Part shown: in pieces, positions 1 to 10,788 of the stretch | Layout of the letters: each line of letters opens with the position of its first letter | Position numbering within the stretch: position 1 is the first letter of the stretch | Assembly: GCA_963675595.2 (NCBI GenBank) | Contig: CAXXLZ010000002.1 | Coordinates: forward strand, 2,432,001 to 2,496,000 | Direction: 5' to 3' | Source: Thermodesulfobacteriota bacterium | GTDB lineage: Bacteria > Desulfobacterota > Desulfarculia > JACQYL01 | Length of the DNA stretch: 64,000 nt | Made by a program: the position numbers and the translations under genes | Notes under the pieces: generated by a model | Database searches by the model: none | The model's input: only the letters and a program-made list of their open reading frames with translations | Told to the model about the DNA's origin: nothing

Positions 1-2
1 AC

Positions 3-578
3 GAGCAGTTCCAGTATTTCAACGGTTCCTCCTACACCACGGAGACCCGTCCTTTCACCCTGACCAAGGACCCGCCCGTGCTCGCCATTGCGGGTCAGGC
101 TGAAACCCAAAAGGTGCTCCCCGGGTCGTTGGCCACCTTTTCCCTCACCTGCGGCAACACCGGAGGTTTCGACAACGCCGTCTCCGTAATCAGCTACTTT
201 CCGGCGGAAGCTCCTTACGTTTCCGCGGTCCCCACGCCCACCATCGTCACGGGTACCGACGCGGTGGAATGGCAATTCCCCAATGGATTGAGCGTGGGCG
301 ACCCCTGCGGATTCGAGGTGACCGTTCAAATACTTCCGAACACTCAAGTCGGCACGCCCATCGTCATTTCCAACGTAATTGTCGGACATACCCGAGCCGT
401 GGCCGACATTTACCCGGATCCGGGAGATCCCCAGGAAGACCCTTATGTCTTCATTACCGGCGAGGAGCCGGATCCTCCGGCTACGGTCTCCACCTTGACG
501 GAATGGGGACTGTTGCTTTTCGCACTCCTGCTTGCCGTCGGCTCAGTCCTGGTCCTACGCAGGCACCACAAGGCCTGA
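3..578 (+). CDS. 5'-truncated surface protein with DUF11-like domain and IPTL-CTERM-like sorting tail
   Basis: Frame is open from the window edge. C-terminus VSTLTEWGLLLFALLLAVGSVLVLRRHHKA matches the IPTL-CTERM pattern (motif, TM helix, basic tail). Confidence 0.7.
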   Translation, partial: EQFQYFNGSSYTTETRPFTLTKDPPVLAIAGQAETQKVLPGSLATFSLTCGNTGGFDNAVSVISYFPAEAPYVSAVPTPTIVTGTDAVEWQFPNGLSVGDPCGFEVTVQILPNTQVGTPIVISNVIVGHTRAVADIYPDPGDPQEDPYVFITGEEPDPPATVSTLTEWGLLLFALLLAVGSVLVLRRHHKA

Positions 579-602
579 TCGGATTTCGCGGCCGAGCTGA
601 AT

Positions 603-631
603 CTCAAAGGGGGCCCCGGGCCCCCTTTGAG
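603..631. terminator. Hairpin between convergent genes, probable bidirectional terminator
   Basis: CTCAAAGGGGGCC-CCG-GGCCCCCTTTGAG, perfect 13-bp stem. Confidence 0.6.
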
Positions 632-639
632 TGGAACGA

Positions 640-1557
640 TCAGCCCTCCCCAGGCACCCTGCAACTTCGAATCCAGCGTCTCATGGAACCCTCCACACTC
701 AAGGCCAGGGCTTTCAGACCGAAGCCCACACAGGCCGGATTCGTCCGGAGAGCCGACCATAGATAAGGTACCGCCTCCCTCCTGCCTCCCATCGGTTTTT
801 TCATGAAAAGCAGAAATGCATACAGCAGAAGCTCCGCCCGGAACAACGACGGCAGGCCGGGAAAGGCGGGATCCTTCATCAGGATCAGCAAAGCCTGACG
901 CAGCCCGGTGCCGATCTTATCCGAAAAGCTGGTGGCGCTGACGTTATGCGTCCGATAGTATACCAGGGGCTCATCGATGTAAGCCGCTTTGAACCAGCGA
1001 CTCAGCCGAATGTGATACAGCCAGTCCTCCGCCCCTTGTCTGAGGGTTTCATCGAAATAGCCCACCTCCTCCACGCAGGACTTTCGAATCATCACCGTGC
1101 TGGGAACCGGGTTCCAGTCGAGGGGTTTCAAACGAAAATCGCCCGGAGTTCTCGGACGACGTCGAAAGCGCGGGCGTCGGCGCAACCTTCCGGGGCCCGT
1201 CAGCAGCATCACCTCCGAGCACACCAGCCCTACTTCGGGGTGGCGATCCAGATAAGCCGCCTGAATGCTTATACGGCTGGGAACGGAAACGTCGTCCGCA
1301 TCCAAAAAAGCAATGTACTCCCCTCGAGCCATCCTCATCCCGATATTTCTTGCCGCAGATGCTCCGCGGTTTTCCTGCTCCACATACACAATTCGGTCAC
1401 CGTAAGCCGCAGCCGTTTCCGCCGTTTGGTCCACGGACCCGTCATTGACTACGATCACCTCCCTCGTGGGTCGCGATTCGGCGAGAACTCCGTCGATGGC
1501 TTCCTTCAAATACTCCCCCTGATTGTAGCAGGGAATGATGACTGAGACTTTGATCAT
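640..1557 (-). CDS. Glycosyltransferase family 2
   Basis: VSVIIPCYN, VNDGS, GASAARN, FLDADD and ED motifs. Confidence 0.92.
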   Translation of the reverse strand: MIKVSVIIPCYNQGEYLKEAIDGVLAESRPTREVIVVNDGSVDQTAETAAAYGDRIVYVEQENRGASAARNIGMRMARGEYIAFLDADDVSVPSRISIQAAYLDRHPEVGLVCSEVMLLTGPGRLRRRPRFRRRPRTPGDFRLKPLDWNPVPSTVMIRKSCVEEVGYFDETLRQGAEDWLYHIRLSRWFKAAYIDEPLVYYRTHNVSATSFSDKIGTGLRQALLILMKDPAFPGLPSLFRAELLLYAFLLFMKKPMGGRREAVPYLWSALRTNPACVGFGLKALALSVEGSMRRWIRSCRVPGEG

Positions 1558-1664
1558 GTGAGTATCCCAATGATCTGAAATTTCTCGCCGGGCATGTCGT
1601 GGTCATTCCCATCCGGACGCGTCGGATGGCCGGAGCGATGTTTTCCGAACCCCTCCGACCATCT

Positions 1665-3236
1665 TCATTTTTCAACCCCCCGAAGCAGTTGAACAAGTCG
1701 GGCTGCCCGCTTGGTCAGCCATTTTGGACGGAACAACAGGATCGTCCCATAGAAGAACAGTCCGGTCATGGCCGGCTTCAAAAACAACCTCAAGGCCGCG
1801 TCCCAGTGGGCCACGGGAGTGAGAACGGAAACTCCGTGTACCACGGGGACGGTGGCCAGGGCCGCCCAGAAAGCCGGGAACACGGTTTCCCTAAATCGGG
1901 GCGATACGTAGCGCCGGACGGCCAGAAACAACAGGAACAGACCAAAAGCAAACGCGGTTCCCACCCCGATGCACGTGCCCGCAGAGCCCAAAAGCAGGGT
2001 GAGCGGCGTGCCGCACAACATGAGGACTCCGGCTTGAAGCCAGAAGATTCGAGCGCTTTTTCGGGGTTCCCCCAGGGCGTTAAGCAGTTCACCGCCGATG
2101 TCCGTCAGGGGACTGACCAGGGAGACCACCACCAGAAAACGGACGAAGACCACGCTTGGAAGCCAAGTTTCCCCGTAAAGTACTTCAACGAGTTCCGGCG
2201 CGGCCAGGAAAATACCCAGTGCCAACGGCAACCCGAAAGCCGAAGTGATCCACAGTACCAGCCCGGCAAAGGCGTCCAGTTCTTCTCTCTTCTCGGCCAA
2301 CCGGGCGAACGTAAAAAAGAATATCCGGTTGGAGGCTCCGGCGACGAGAATGTTGGGCCAGAACGCGATACGGTAGGCCCGATCGTAAAACCCCAGGGCG
2401 GCGGCCCCGACAAAAGTGCCCACCAGGAAGTCGTCGAAATGGCCGAGGAGGCTGCGAGCCAACCCGGCCAAGCCGACCAAGCCGCCGAATCGAATGAGGC
2501 CGACCGCGATTCTCTTGTCGAAGCTCCACTTGAATCGGAAGATCCCGGGCATTCCTTTGAGGAGCGACCACCACATACCTGCGGACACCAAGACCATGTT
2601 GCACGCGAACTGGACCGCCAGGGTCCAGTATCCCCATCCATGGTAAGCCAAGTAGAAAGCGGGGAGGTAGGATAAAGGAAATGCCGCGAGCCGGATCAGC
2701 CCTGTTCTCGAAAACTGCAGGTCTCGATCCAACAGAGCCGCCGGACCCGTCCCCAGAGAACCCACCAGACCCGCGGCGGCCAGGGCCAACAGCACATGAG
2801 CCACTCCCACGGGATAGCCCAAGCGCGGCAATATGGGCCAGGCGCACAGAGCGAGTGCCAAACCGAGCAGGCCGGCCGCCAGGTCGAGGGACAGACGGGT
2901 CCCCACGAGCTCACCCGTAATCTCGCCCTGGCGTGTGAGGGCCTGGTCAATGCCGAGTCGCGCCTGAATGTTCATGATGGAAAAGAAGAAAAGCCCCAGG
3001 GCGAACACCCCATACTCGTCCGGACGGATGAAGCGGATCAGAAACAGATTGGACAGGAACCCGAAAAAAATATTGAAATACGAAGCGCCGACGAAGATCA
3101 AGCCGCCTCGGGCGACCTTGACGGCCAATGAAGGTCCGTCTGAAGGAATGGGTTTCATGAATGGTATGGGCTCCGGTTCCCGATTCAAGCATCGTTCGGA
3201 AGCTTCCCGCGTCGGAACCGGTAACCCCTCCGCCAC
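1665..3236 (-). CDS. Wzx-type polysaccharide flippase (WzxC-like); start may be a downstream Met
   Basis: Many TM segments; PDEYGVFAL, GYWTLAVQ and LGFYDRAY resemble PST-family flippases. Confidence 0.85.
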   Translation of the reverse strand: MAEGLPVPTREASERCLNREPEPIPFMKPIPSDGPSLAVKVARGGLIFVGASYFNIFFGFLSNLFLIRFIRPDEYGVFALGLFFFSIMNIQARLGIDQALTRQGEITGELVGTRLSLDLAAGLLGLALALCAWPILPRLGYPVGVAHVLLALAAAGLVGSLGTGPAALLDRDLQFSRTGLIRLAAFPLSYLPAFYLAYHGWGYWTLAVQFACNMVLVSAGMWWSLLKGMPGIFRFKWSFDKRIAVGLIRFGGLVGLAGLARSLLGHFDDFLVGTFVGAAALGFYDRAYRIAFWPNILVAGASNRIFFFTFARLAEKREELDAFAGLVLWITSAFGLPLALGIFLAAPELVEVLYGETWLPSVVFVRFLVVVSLVSPLTDIGGELLNALGEPRKSARIFWLQAGVLMLCGTPLTLLLGSAGTCIGVGTAFAFGLFLLFLAVRRYVSPRFRETVFPAFWAALATVPVVHGVSVLTPVAHWDAALRLFLKPAMTGLFFYGTILLFRPKWLTKRAARLVQLLRGVEK

Positions 3237-3462
3237 GGCAAACAGTATCCATCACAGTAACGCGCCCCCGCCTGACTGCATGCTTCATGCGCCGAAGAGC
3301 GCCTCCGACCTTTTTCCGACAGCGATTGGCTCACCGCCGTATCGTCTCTCCTTGTTCCGGAACCCGGGTTTGGAACGTCCGTGTTGAGTGGTGACAAGAT
3401 TCGGCGGCGTTCGGGTGATTATTTCATCCGCTTGGGAAGGCGGCAAGCGCCGAAACAAGACA

Positions 3463-5019
3463 TTAGTGCACGCTTGGTGCGTCTACAGGCTTTTTCGGTC
3501 GTTTAAGCAGGAGAGCCAGAGGAAGCAGCCCTATCGTCACCCAAGACAGAAGCCGGAACGTGTCATTGAAAGCCAACATGTTGGCCTGCCTGACGATTTC
3601 CCGATAGATCGCTGCATGCACAAGCTCATCGGAAGTCCACGTATAATGAGTCTCCAGCCACTGCCGGATTTGATCGAAATGTTGTTGATAATTTGGGTTG
3701 AAGGGCGTCGCCCGCTCCACCAGGAAGTTCTGATGCTCCTGGGCCTTTCTGGCCAAGAACGTTGCACTCACGGCAACACCCACGCTGCCTCCGAGGTTGC
3801 GCAGGAGGTTGAACATGCCGGACGCGTTGCCCGTCTTCTCTTTAGGGATGGTTACAAAGGTCGCGGTTGCCAGGGGGACGAAGAAGAGTCCGATGCCGAA
3901 CCCCATGATGACCCGCGGCAAAATGATGGCGGGAAAATTCGCCTGCAGGTTGAAATCCGACATGAGCCACATGGAATAAGCGGAGATGCACAGCCCCATG
4001 GCAAGCAGATTTCTGGGATTTATCCCCTTTTGCATCAGAAATCCCGCCATCGGCATGATCACAAAGGCGGCCACCCCCCCAGGACCAAGGACCAAGCCCG
4101 CCAACAGAGCCGTGTAGTTCATCAGGTTCTGCACATATAGAGGCAGGAGGACAAGACTTCCGAATAGGGCCATAAATCCCGCGAACATGATGATGCATCC
4201 GCCGCTGAAACTTCGATCTCGAAAGACCTTCAGGTCCACCACGGGGTGCGGGGCCCTCAGCTCGACCAACACAAAGGCGATGAGAGCCGTTATCGAAATC
4301 AGACTCAGGTAGACGATGAACCTCGAATCGAACCAATCCTCCCTCTGACCTTTGTCCAGCACGATCTGAAGGCATCCTAGCCCAATGCATAGGAAAAACA
4401 GACCCCAACGGTCGATTTGTTGCACTTTTTTACGAATGTACGGTGGATCATGTATCAGGGCCCCGATCAGGAGAATCGCAATCACGCCCGCAGGCAGGTT
4501 AATGTAAAAAATCCATCTCCAGCTCCATTGGTCCGTGAGCCATCCTCCAAAAACCGGGCCCAGGATGGGCGCCAGGACAATGCCCATTCCAAAGAAAGCC
4601 ATGGCCATGCCTCTTTGCTCCTTTGGAAAAGACTCGAAGAGAATGGCTTGTGACAAAGGCTGCAGACCTCCTCCGCCCACGCCCTGGAGCACCCTGAAAA
4701 GCACCAGAGCGGCGAGGGAAGGAGCCAATCCGCAAGCAAGGGAACTCGCCGTGAAAATGAAAAGCGAAATCAGGAGATATCGCTTTCTGCCCAGCAGGCC
4801 CGCCAGCCACCCGCTTATGGGTATCACCACCGCATTGGAAACAAGATAGGACGTCAGCACCCAGGTTACTTCATCCAGTCCGGCGTTGAGACTTCCCTGG
4901 ATGTGTGGAAGGGACACGTTGACCACGCTGGTGTCCATAATCTCGATAAAGGTGGGAAACATCACCGTCATGGCGACAACCCACTTGTTGACGTGAGGTA
5001 TTTCGGAATGTCCGTCCAT
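3463..5019 (-). CDS. emrB: DHA2 family MFS efflux permease
   Basis: DTSVVNVSLPHI, WVLTSYLVSNA, RVLQGVGGG, WRWIFYINLP. Confidence 0.92.
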   Translation of the reverse strand: MDGHSEIPHVNKWVVAMTVMFPTFIEIMDTSVVNVSLPHIQGSLNAGLDEVTWVLTSYLVSNAVVIPISGWLAGLLGRKRYLLISLFIFTASSLACGLAPSLAALVLFRVLQGVGGGGLQPLSQAILFESFPKEQRGMAMAFFGMGIVLAPILGPVFGGWLTDQWSWRWIFYINLPAGVIAILLIGALIHDPPYIRKKVQQIDRWGLFFLCIGLGCLQIVLDKGQREDWFDSRFIVYLSLISITALIAFVLVELRAPHPVVDLKVFRDRSFSGGCIIMFAGFMALFGSLVLLPLYVQNLMNYTALLAGLVLGPGGVAAFVIMPMAGFLMQKGINPRNLLAMGLCISAYSMWLMSDFNLQANFPAIILPRVIMGFGIGLFFVPLATATFVTIPKEKTGNASGMFNLLRNLGGSVGVAVSATFLARKAQEHQNFLVERATPFNPNYQQHFDQIRQWLETHYTWTSDELVHAAIYREIVRQANMLAFNDTFRLLSWVTIGLLPLALLLKRPKKPVDAPSVH

Positions 5020-5074
5020 GAATTACGACTCCGGAGACGCCGCCGCCTCGGATGGGTTCAGGGGGTCACCGTAA

Positions 5075-6307
5075 CTATTTCGGCCGAACATCCACGGCGA
5101 CCGTCAGCGACAGCCCGACTCTGAGCGCATGGTCCTTCGGCAAGGGACGATCGAACTCTATTTTGACCGGGACGCGCTGGACGACCTTGATCCAATTCCC
5201 GGTGGCGTTCTCCGGAGGGAGAAGGGAAAAAGCAGCGCCCGTCCCGGCTCTGATTCCGGCCACTCGACCCGAGTACGTGAAATCCGGGTACATATCCGCT
5301 GTGATTTTCACCGGCTGACCCACTCGTACGTGCTCCAGTTGCGTCTCCTTGAAATTGGCTTCCACATACACGGCATGCAGGGGAACCACGGCCATGACCG
5401 GCTGACCGACGACCAAACGGTCCCCGACCTGAACGCTCTTTCGGGCGACATGCCCTTTGATCGGTGCCTTGATCGTACAATATTTCAAATTCAGGAGGGC
5501 CTGCTCCAATTGAGCGCGAGTCTCGTCTCTCCGGGCCTTCAAAGAATCCAGTTTATGACGCTCGACCTCCGCCTTTTTTAGATTGCCTTGAGCGATCTTC
5601 AGCTGGGCTTGCGCACTCTCCACCCCGGCTTCGACCACATTGAGAGCGGACGTGCCGACGTCAATGCCGGCATCCAATGCCTTCACCTCCGCCTCGGCCG
5701 TCTTCAACCTGGCCCGAGCGCTGTCCAGGGCATTTTCGGATACGCTTCCTTTCCGGAACAAAGCCTCGAATCGCTTGAACTCCTTCTCGGCGTAGTTGAG
5801 CTCTGCAAGTGCGGCCTGACGTTTCTTGCCAAGCTCTTCTATCCGGTGGCGTTGGGCCTTCACCTGATCTCTCGTTTCCTGCAAGGCCGCTTGATCCAGC
5901 TCCACCTCTCCACTCGTGCTGCTTTCGGTGACCAAAACAGCGGCCTCTTCACCCCTGATTTCCGACTCCAGCCTTTCCAGAGACGCTCGAGCCGCATCCA
6001 CCGCCACCTGGTAGTCCGTCGGATCCAACTCCAACAAGATATCGCCTTTTTCGACCGCCTGATCGCTCTCCACCAGAACCATTGCCACCGTTCCGGATAC
6101 CCGCCCGGTAATCCGGGCACTGTCGGCCTTGACATAGGCGTCGTCGGTTTCCACCCATCCCCGCACAAAAAACCACCAGTATCCCAGCACGAGCGCAGAG
6201 ACGAGTAAAACACCAATAATGATGATACGGTGATTTTGTCTGATAACGTCGGGAAGCTTACGCTTTTCGTCGGGAACACCCTCTTGCGTCGTCGCTTTCT
6301 CTTCCAT
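5075..6307 (-). CDS. emrA: HlyD/EmrA membrane fusion protein
   Basis: TDDAYV, ANFKETQL, FSLLPPENATGNWIKVVQRVPV; directly upstream of emrB. Confidence 0.92.
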   Translation of the reverse strand: MEEKATTQEGVPDEKRKLPDVIRQNHRIIIIGVLLVSALVLGYWWFFVRGWVETDDAYVKADSARITGRVSGTVAMVLVESDQAVEKGDILLELDPTDYQVAVDAARASLERLESEIRGEEAAVLVTESSTSGEVELDQAALQETRDQVKAQRHRIEELGKKRQAALAELNYAEKEFKRFEALFRKGSVSENALDSARARLKTAEAEVKALDAGIDVGTSALNVVEAGVESAQAQLKIAQGNLKKAEVERHKLDSLKARRDETRAQLEQALLNLKYCTIKAPIKGHVARKSVQVGDRLVVGQPVMAVVPLHAVYVEANFKETQLEHVRVGQPVKITADMYPDFTYSGRVAGIRAGTGAAFSLLPPENATGNWIKVVQRVPVKIEFDRPLPKDHALRVGLSLTVAVDVRPK

Positions 6308-6781
6308 TCCAAAACACCCTAAGAACGTGAACCGGCCACGCCATGCCGTTCAACATGAATACTTTCACGATTGATCCGCTTCTCAGTCCGGCCTCCAAAC
6401 GTTCAAGACTACCGCCATGCTTGGCTCATTGTCCATCCGTGTTCACGCATACCGGCAAATCATCTTCGTCGACGAGCTTCAAGCACGACGGATTCCCTGA
6501 GCGTCGCAGCCATAGAGCACAATTCCTCAATTCGGTCGACCAAGCCATACAAGTTCGCAAACGCCGAATCTTTAATTCATTCTCGAAAAAATCACAAGGA
6601 CTGTGACCGTTGAGGCCCACGGAGCAATGACACAACGTTTTGTCCGCCCACGCCCGTCTGATATAATCAAAAGCAGCCGGTCGGATTCGGCGGTACACCG
6701 ACCCGGACCGCGCCCCCCGGCCCCGGAGAAGCATTGGGAATATTCAACAACCACGACGGACACGCTTCGTTGCTCCCCGAT

Positions 6782-7621
6782 ATGAGAACCATCGCGGGGT
6801 TGTTGTTCCTCGCCCTCATCCTATTGGGTCCCAACGGTCGCACCGAGGATTTCACCGTCTCGAGTTTCCCTCTTTCCGAGTCCGTGAGCCCCCACAAACC
6901 GCACCCGCACTTTCGGCGTCCTTCACCCGGCACTTCCTGGCAGATTCAGTTAAGCGGAGAGATCGACACCTCCTTCGATGTCCAGGTGTACGACATCGAT
7001 CTGTTTGACGCGCCTCAAACGGTCATTGACGCATTGCACCACAAAGGACGAATGGTCGTTTGCTACTTCAGCGCGGGTAGTTGGGAGGATTGGCGGCCGG
7101 ACGCCGATGAGTTCCCGGAATCGGTCAAGGGTCACGATCTGACCGGTTGGCCGGGAGAAAAATGGCTGGATATCCGGCGGCGGGACGTGCTCGGACCCAT
7201 CATGCGGGCGCGCTTGGACCTGGCCGAACGGAAGCGGTGCGACGGCGTGGACCCCGACAACGTCGATGGATACGCCAACAACACGGGTTTTGCCCTGACG
7301 GCCGAGGATCAAATCGACTTCAACCGCTGGATTGCGGATGAAGCGCACGCCAGGCATCTTTCCGTGGGCCTCAAGAATGATCTCGATCAGGTGAAGGTCT
7401 TGGAGCCCTATTTCGATTGGGCGCTGAACGAGCAGTGTTTCGAATATGAGGAATGCGACGCCCTTGTTCCCTTCGTCCAAAACAGGAAAGCGGTATTGGC
7501 CGTTGAATATGACGGGAACCCGGAAGATTTTTGCGCCGAAGCCTTTGCCATGGGCTTCGACCGGCTCCAAAAACATTGGGACTTGGATGCGTGGCGCATG
7601 GATTGTCGCGACTATCGGTAA
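6782..7621 (+). CDS. Secreted endo-alpha-1,4-polygalactosaminidase (GH114-like)
   Basis: Signal peptide; WQIQL, CYFSAGSWEDWRPD, DGVDPDNVDGY, GLKND, NEQC. Confidence 0.85.
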   Translation: MRTIAGLLFLALILLGPNGRTEDFTVSSFPLSESVSPHKPHPHFRRPSPGTSWQIQLSGEIDTSFDVQVYDIDLFDAPQTVIDALHHKGRMVVCYFSAGSWEDWRPDADEFPESVKGHDLTGWPGEKWLDIRRRDVLGPIMRARLDLAERKRCDGVDPDNVDGYANNTGFALTAEDQIDFNRWIADEAHARHLSVGLKNDLDQVKVLEPYFDWALNEQCFEYEECDALVPFVQNRKAVLAVEYDGNPEDFCAEAFAMGFDRLQKHWDLDAWRMDCRDYR

Positions 7622-7692
7622 CCACCGGACGGGATCCTCCCATCCACGGGAGTTCTTCAGACAACGGAGAAAAAGATTCGGAAACCTTCACG

Positions 7693-7782
7693 GAGGAGGA
7701 CTTTCGGAAAAGGCCTCACCGCCTTCGGCGGAGAGGCTGAGTTTCCTCACTAATTCCCAACGTTCCTTACATGTGCTGAATC
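7693..7782 (+). repeat. REP/MITE-like intergenic repeat, family A
   Basis: GGAGGACTTTCG, CCTCACCGCCTTCGGCGGAGAGG and CTAATTCCCAACGTTCCTTACA modules recur at other loci. Confidence 0.75.
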
Positions 7783-8025
7783 GGCTGAGATGCTCTCCAA
7801 GTCCGGCTTCGTCCCAAAGGGGACAACGTACGGATCAGGAGGCCTTGGGGAACGACGTTCCCCAGGGGGGGACCAATATGAAAATTCCCGCCGTGAACGA
7901 TGACGACAATCCAGCGGACCGTCGCGGTTTCCCGCATATCGGTCCGTTGCGTAAGGGCGCGGTTTCCCGGGAGAGGACCGTGCCCGCCGACAAATCCGCC
8001 CGGCAGGTCCGTCACACGGCTGCCG

Positions 8026-9600
8026 TCACATGGGATAATCCGGATCGACCACGGGCGCGATGGACTCGAAAAAGTCGCATTCCTTATCCGCAAGTCCTTG
8101 GATCAGGTCGTAGTCTCCAGGGCCGTTGATCCTGAGAATCAACTCTTGACCAACCTCATAATTGGGCCAGTCGGGTACTCCTTCGGCCGCAGGAACCCCC
8201 GTATAGGCAAAGGACGTCCACAATTCCATGAGCTTGCTGGAGAGCAGCGTGTCCTCAGGGCCGTACCCCTCATTCGGGTCCAGATTCCCAAATACGTACG
8301 CCAGTTCCGAACCATGGAAGCAGCCCAGGTAAAAACCGGCTTCCGTGGGGGGAACGTGCCTATAGTAGTAACGATACACGGGCACGGAACCCGAGGCTCC
8401 CCGCGCCGTGCGCCGCACCGGCTCCTGAAATCCGGCCGATCCTTGAACAACCGCCGCCTGGTAAACCGCTTCGTCGTCGTTGGAGGCGGGGTACCGCTCC
8501 CACACCAGTCCCGCATTCTCCCCGAAATATGCTTCCAAGGCCTGTTCGTAGTCGGTCAGGGTTTCGATACCCAACTCATAGATGAACAATGTACCTTCAT
8601 CCATGACGGACCCGATCATCATGGGAGCATGGGCGGGTTCGGAAACAGTACGCCCGGGGTCGTCGCTCAAAATGATGCCGTCCATGACCGGCCCGAAAGG
8701 CAATTGATTCGCCTTGGCGATTCGGATGATTTCATCGGCGGGAATTGCCGTCATGTCATCGACGTCGGCCGCTCCCAGAGCTTCCTGAAGCAGGCGGCCA
8801 TAGCCGGCGGCCTCTTCCCAGGATCCGGTCAGATTCAAGACATATTTCGTGGAGGCCACGGTTCCGCTCTGGGCGATGGCACGATGGAACAACCCCTCGG
8901 CCGGCTCGGCGTTTTGGAGCAAGGTCACGCTGCACGCGCCTGAGGATTCCCCAAAAATGGTCACATTGTCGGGGTTGCCCCCGAAAGAAGCAATATTGCC
9001 CCGCACCCACCGCAACGCCGCAATGATGTCGAAAAGGCCGTAATTGCCCGCTTGTCCCCGACGATCGTACAACTCTTCATGAACCAGGAACCCCAGAGGT
9101 CCCAACCGATGGTTGACGCTCACCACCACGACCCCTTTCGCGGCCAGGGCGGCTCCGTTATATAGGCTTTGAGAAGCCGACCCGCCCATATACCCGCCTC
9201 CGTGAATCCAGAACATGACCGGCAAGGAACCCGTTTTCGACGCCTCCGGGGTCCAGATGTTCAGGTACAGACAATCTTCGTCGCATTCCGTCAAGCCGTA
9301 GAGTTCGTCCCCTGTGAGGTCCTGGGGGCAGGCCGGGCTCAGGTGATCGGCTTTGAAGACGCCTTCCCAAGGAGTCTCTTCCACGGGCAGCCGCCAGCGA
9401 AGGTCTCCCACTGGAGGCGCCGCGTAGGGAATGCCCAAGAAGGCTTGAACACCGTTATCCTCAATGCCGGATACTCGCCCGGATCGTGTCTGCACTACGG
9501 ATGCGGCTCCGTCATCCACCGAGTTCCCGCAACCGATCAACCCGAGAAACAAGACCAGGATCAATATGCCCACAAGACAATTCGCTTTTCCGGAAATCAT
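8026..9600 (-). CDS. Carboxylesterase type B lipoprotein
   Basis: Lipobox LIGC; FLGIPYA, EDCLYLNIW, WIHGGG, GESSG, catalytic His in FHGSEL. Confidence 0.92.
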   Translation of the reverse strand: MISGKANCLVGILILVLFLGLIGCGNSVDDGAASVVQTRSGRVSGIEDNGVQAFLGIPYAAPPVGDLRWRLPVEETPWEGVFKADHLSPACPQDLTGDELYGLTECDEDCLYLNIWTPEASKTGSLPVMFWIHGGGYMGGSASQSLYNGAALAAKGVVVVSVNHRLGPLGFLVHEELYDRRGQAGNYGLFDIIAALRWVRGNIASFGGNPDNVTIFGESSGACSVTLLQNAEPAEGLFHRAIAQSGTVASTKYVLNLTGSWEEAAGYGRLLQEALGAADVDDMTAIPADEIIRIAKANQLPFGPVMDGIILSDDPGRTVSEPAHAPMMIGSVMDEGTLFIYELGIETLTDYEQALEAYFGENAGLVWERYPASNDDEAVYQAAVVQGSAGFQEPVRRTARGASGSVPVYRYYYRHVPPTEAGFYLGCFHGSELAYVFGNLDPNEGYGPEDTLLSSKLMELWTSFAYTGVPAAEGVPDWPNYEVGQELILRINGPGDYDLIQGLADKECDFFESIAPVVDPDYPM

Positions 9601-9963
9601 GGCAGCCCTTTCGTTGCACCGGCGAGATCGGCTCGCCGAGATTTCGAACCCACGTTATCGAATACCTCCACCACGAGTCTTACGCAAACATGGAATGAAC
9701 AGAGCATCGAATTTGCCGTAGGCATGGACCGGAATCGCACAATCATGAGGATTCGGTCGGACGAGCAAAACACCGCGCTTCCTAACCGATCCGGAAGACC
9801 TTCCGTCTTACCGGAGCGGCAAAAGCGCAACTTGTGACGTTGCGCTTCATCTTGCGTCGCTGTGGCGTGCTTCCAGGTTTGCCTTGTACTCCTCGGGATT
9901 CCCGCGCCCTGGATATCATCGGCTTTCATCAGTCCGCCGCAATCGGACTTTTTCAACGAACGA

Positions 9964-10788
9964 TTATCGTTCTCCCTTTCGTATGGATAGAAGGGCGTCC
10001 CGGAATCGGCGTGTCACCCACTGCTTGCCGTCGCGATGGAAAATGCGCTCCGCCGTTTCTAGATGCTCCCTCAGGAGATCGACCTGTTCCTCGGTAAAAC
10101 CCTGCGCGTACCGAAACATTTTCAACTGAAGTTCCAGAGGCAACTCGAAATCGCGCGTGAAGACTTCGAGCTCCGCAGGCATGTCCAGTTCATTCAGCAC
10201 CCCCAGCAAGGTAGCCAATTCCGGCATGGATCCGCCTTCCCCTCGGATCTCGCGCATGGGCTTCTGAAGATCATGACTTTCCAGATGAACCAGGAACAAA
10301 CCGTCCCGGGCCACCTCGTACATCTTACGGAGCGAAGATGAAATATCCTCCATGAACAGACAATAGCTCGCGATCACCACGTCATGAAGACCGATATCAC
10401 GGACGTGGATTTCCTCCCACGTCTTCGGGATCATGGTGACGTTGTCGATGCCTTTGTTTCGGACAACAGTGGTGAGCCGTGCGATCTGTGCCGACGAGGG
10501 CTCCAGCGCCGTGACCCATCGACACTTCTGCGCGAGAGGAATCGATATGCACCCGCTTCCCGCTCCGATGTCCAGCACCGTCGTTTCGGGCCCGATCCCG
10601 GCGAGGATGGGTTCAAACAGCGCCCCCGGGTAGTTTACGTATTTCTCGTATTCCTCCCACAGATCAAATCCGTCCCAAAACGCCTTGGAACCGGGATCGC
10701 GCCTCTCTCCCGCTTGCCGGCGCCATGTTCGAATTCCCTCATCCCAGACCCGGGTGAAACTCGTCGCTTCTCCTGAATTCGCGTTCAA
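9964..10788 (-). CDS. Class I SAM-dependent methyltransferase
   Basis: VLDIGAGSG; last gene of the ABC operon. Confidence 0.85.
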   Translation of the reverse strand: MNANSGEATSFTRVWDEGIRTWRRQAGERRDPGSKAFWDGFDLWEEYEKYVNYPGALFEPILAGIGPETTVLDIGAGSGCISIPLAQKCRWVTALEPSSAQIARLTTVVRNKGIDNVTMIPKTWEEIHVRDIGLHDVVIASYCLFMEDISSSLRKMYEVARDGLFLVHLESHDLQKPMREIRGEGGSMPELATLLGVLNELDMPAELEVFTRDFELPLELQLKMFRYAQGFTEEQVDLLREHLETAERIFHRDGKQWVTRRFRDALLSIRKGER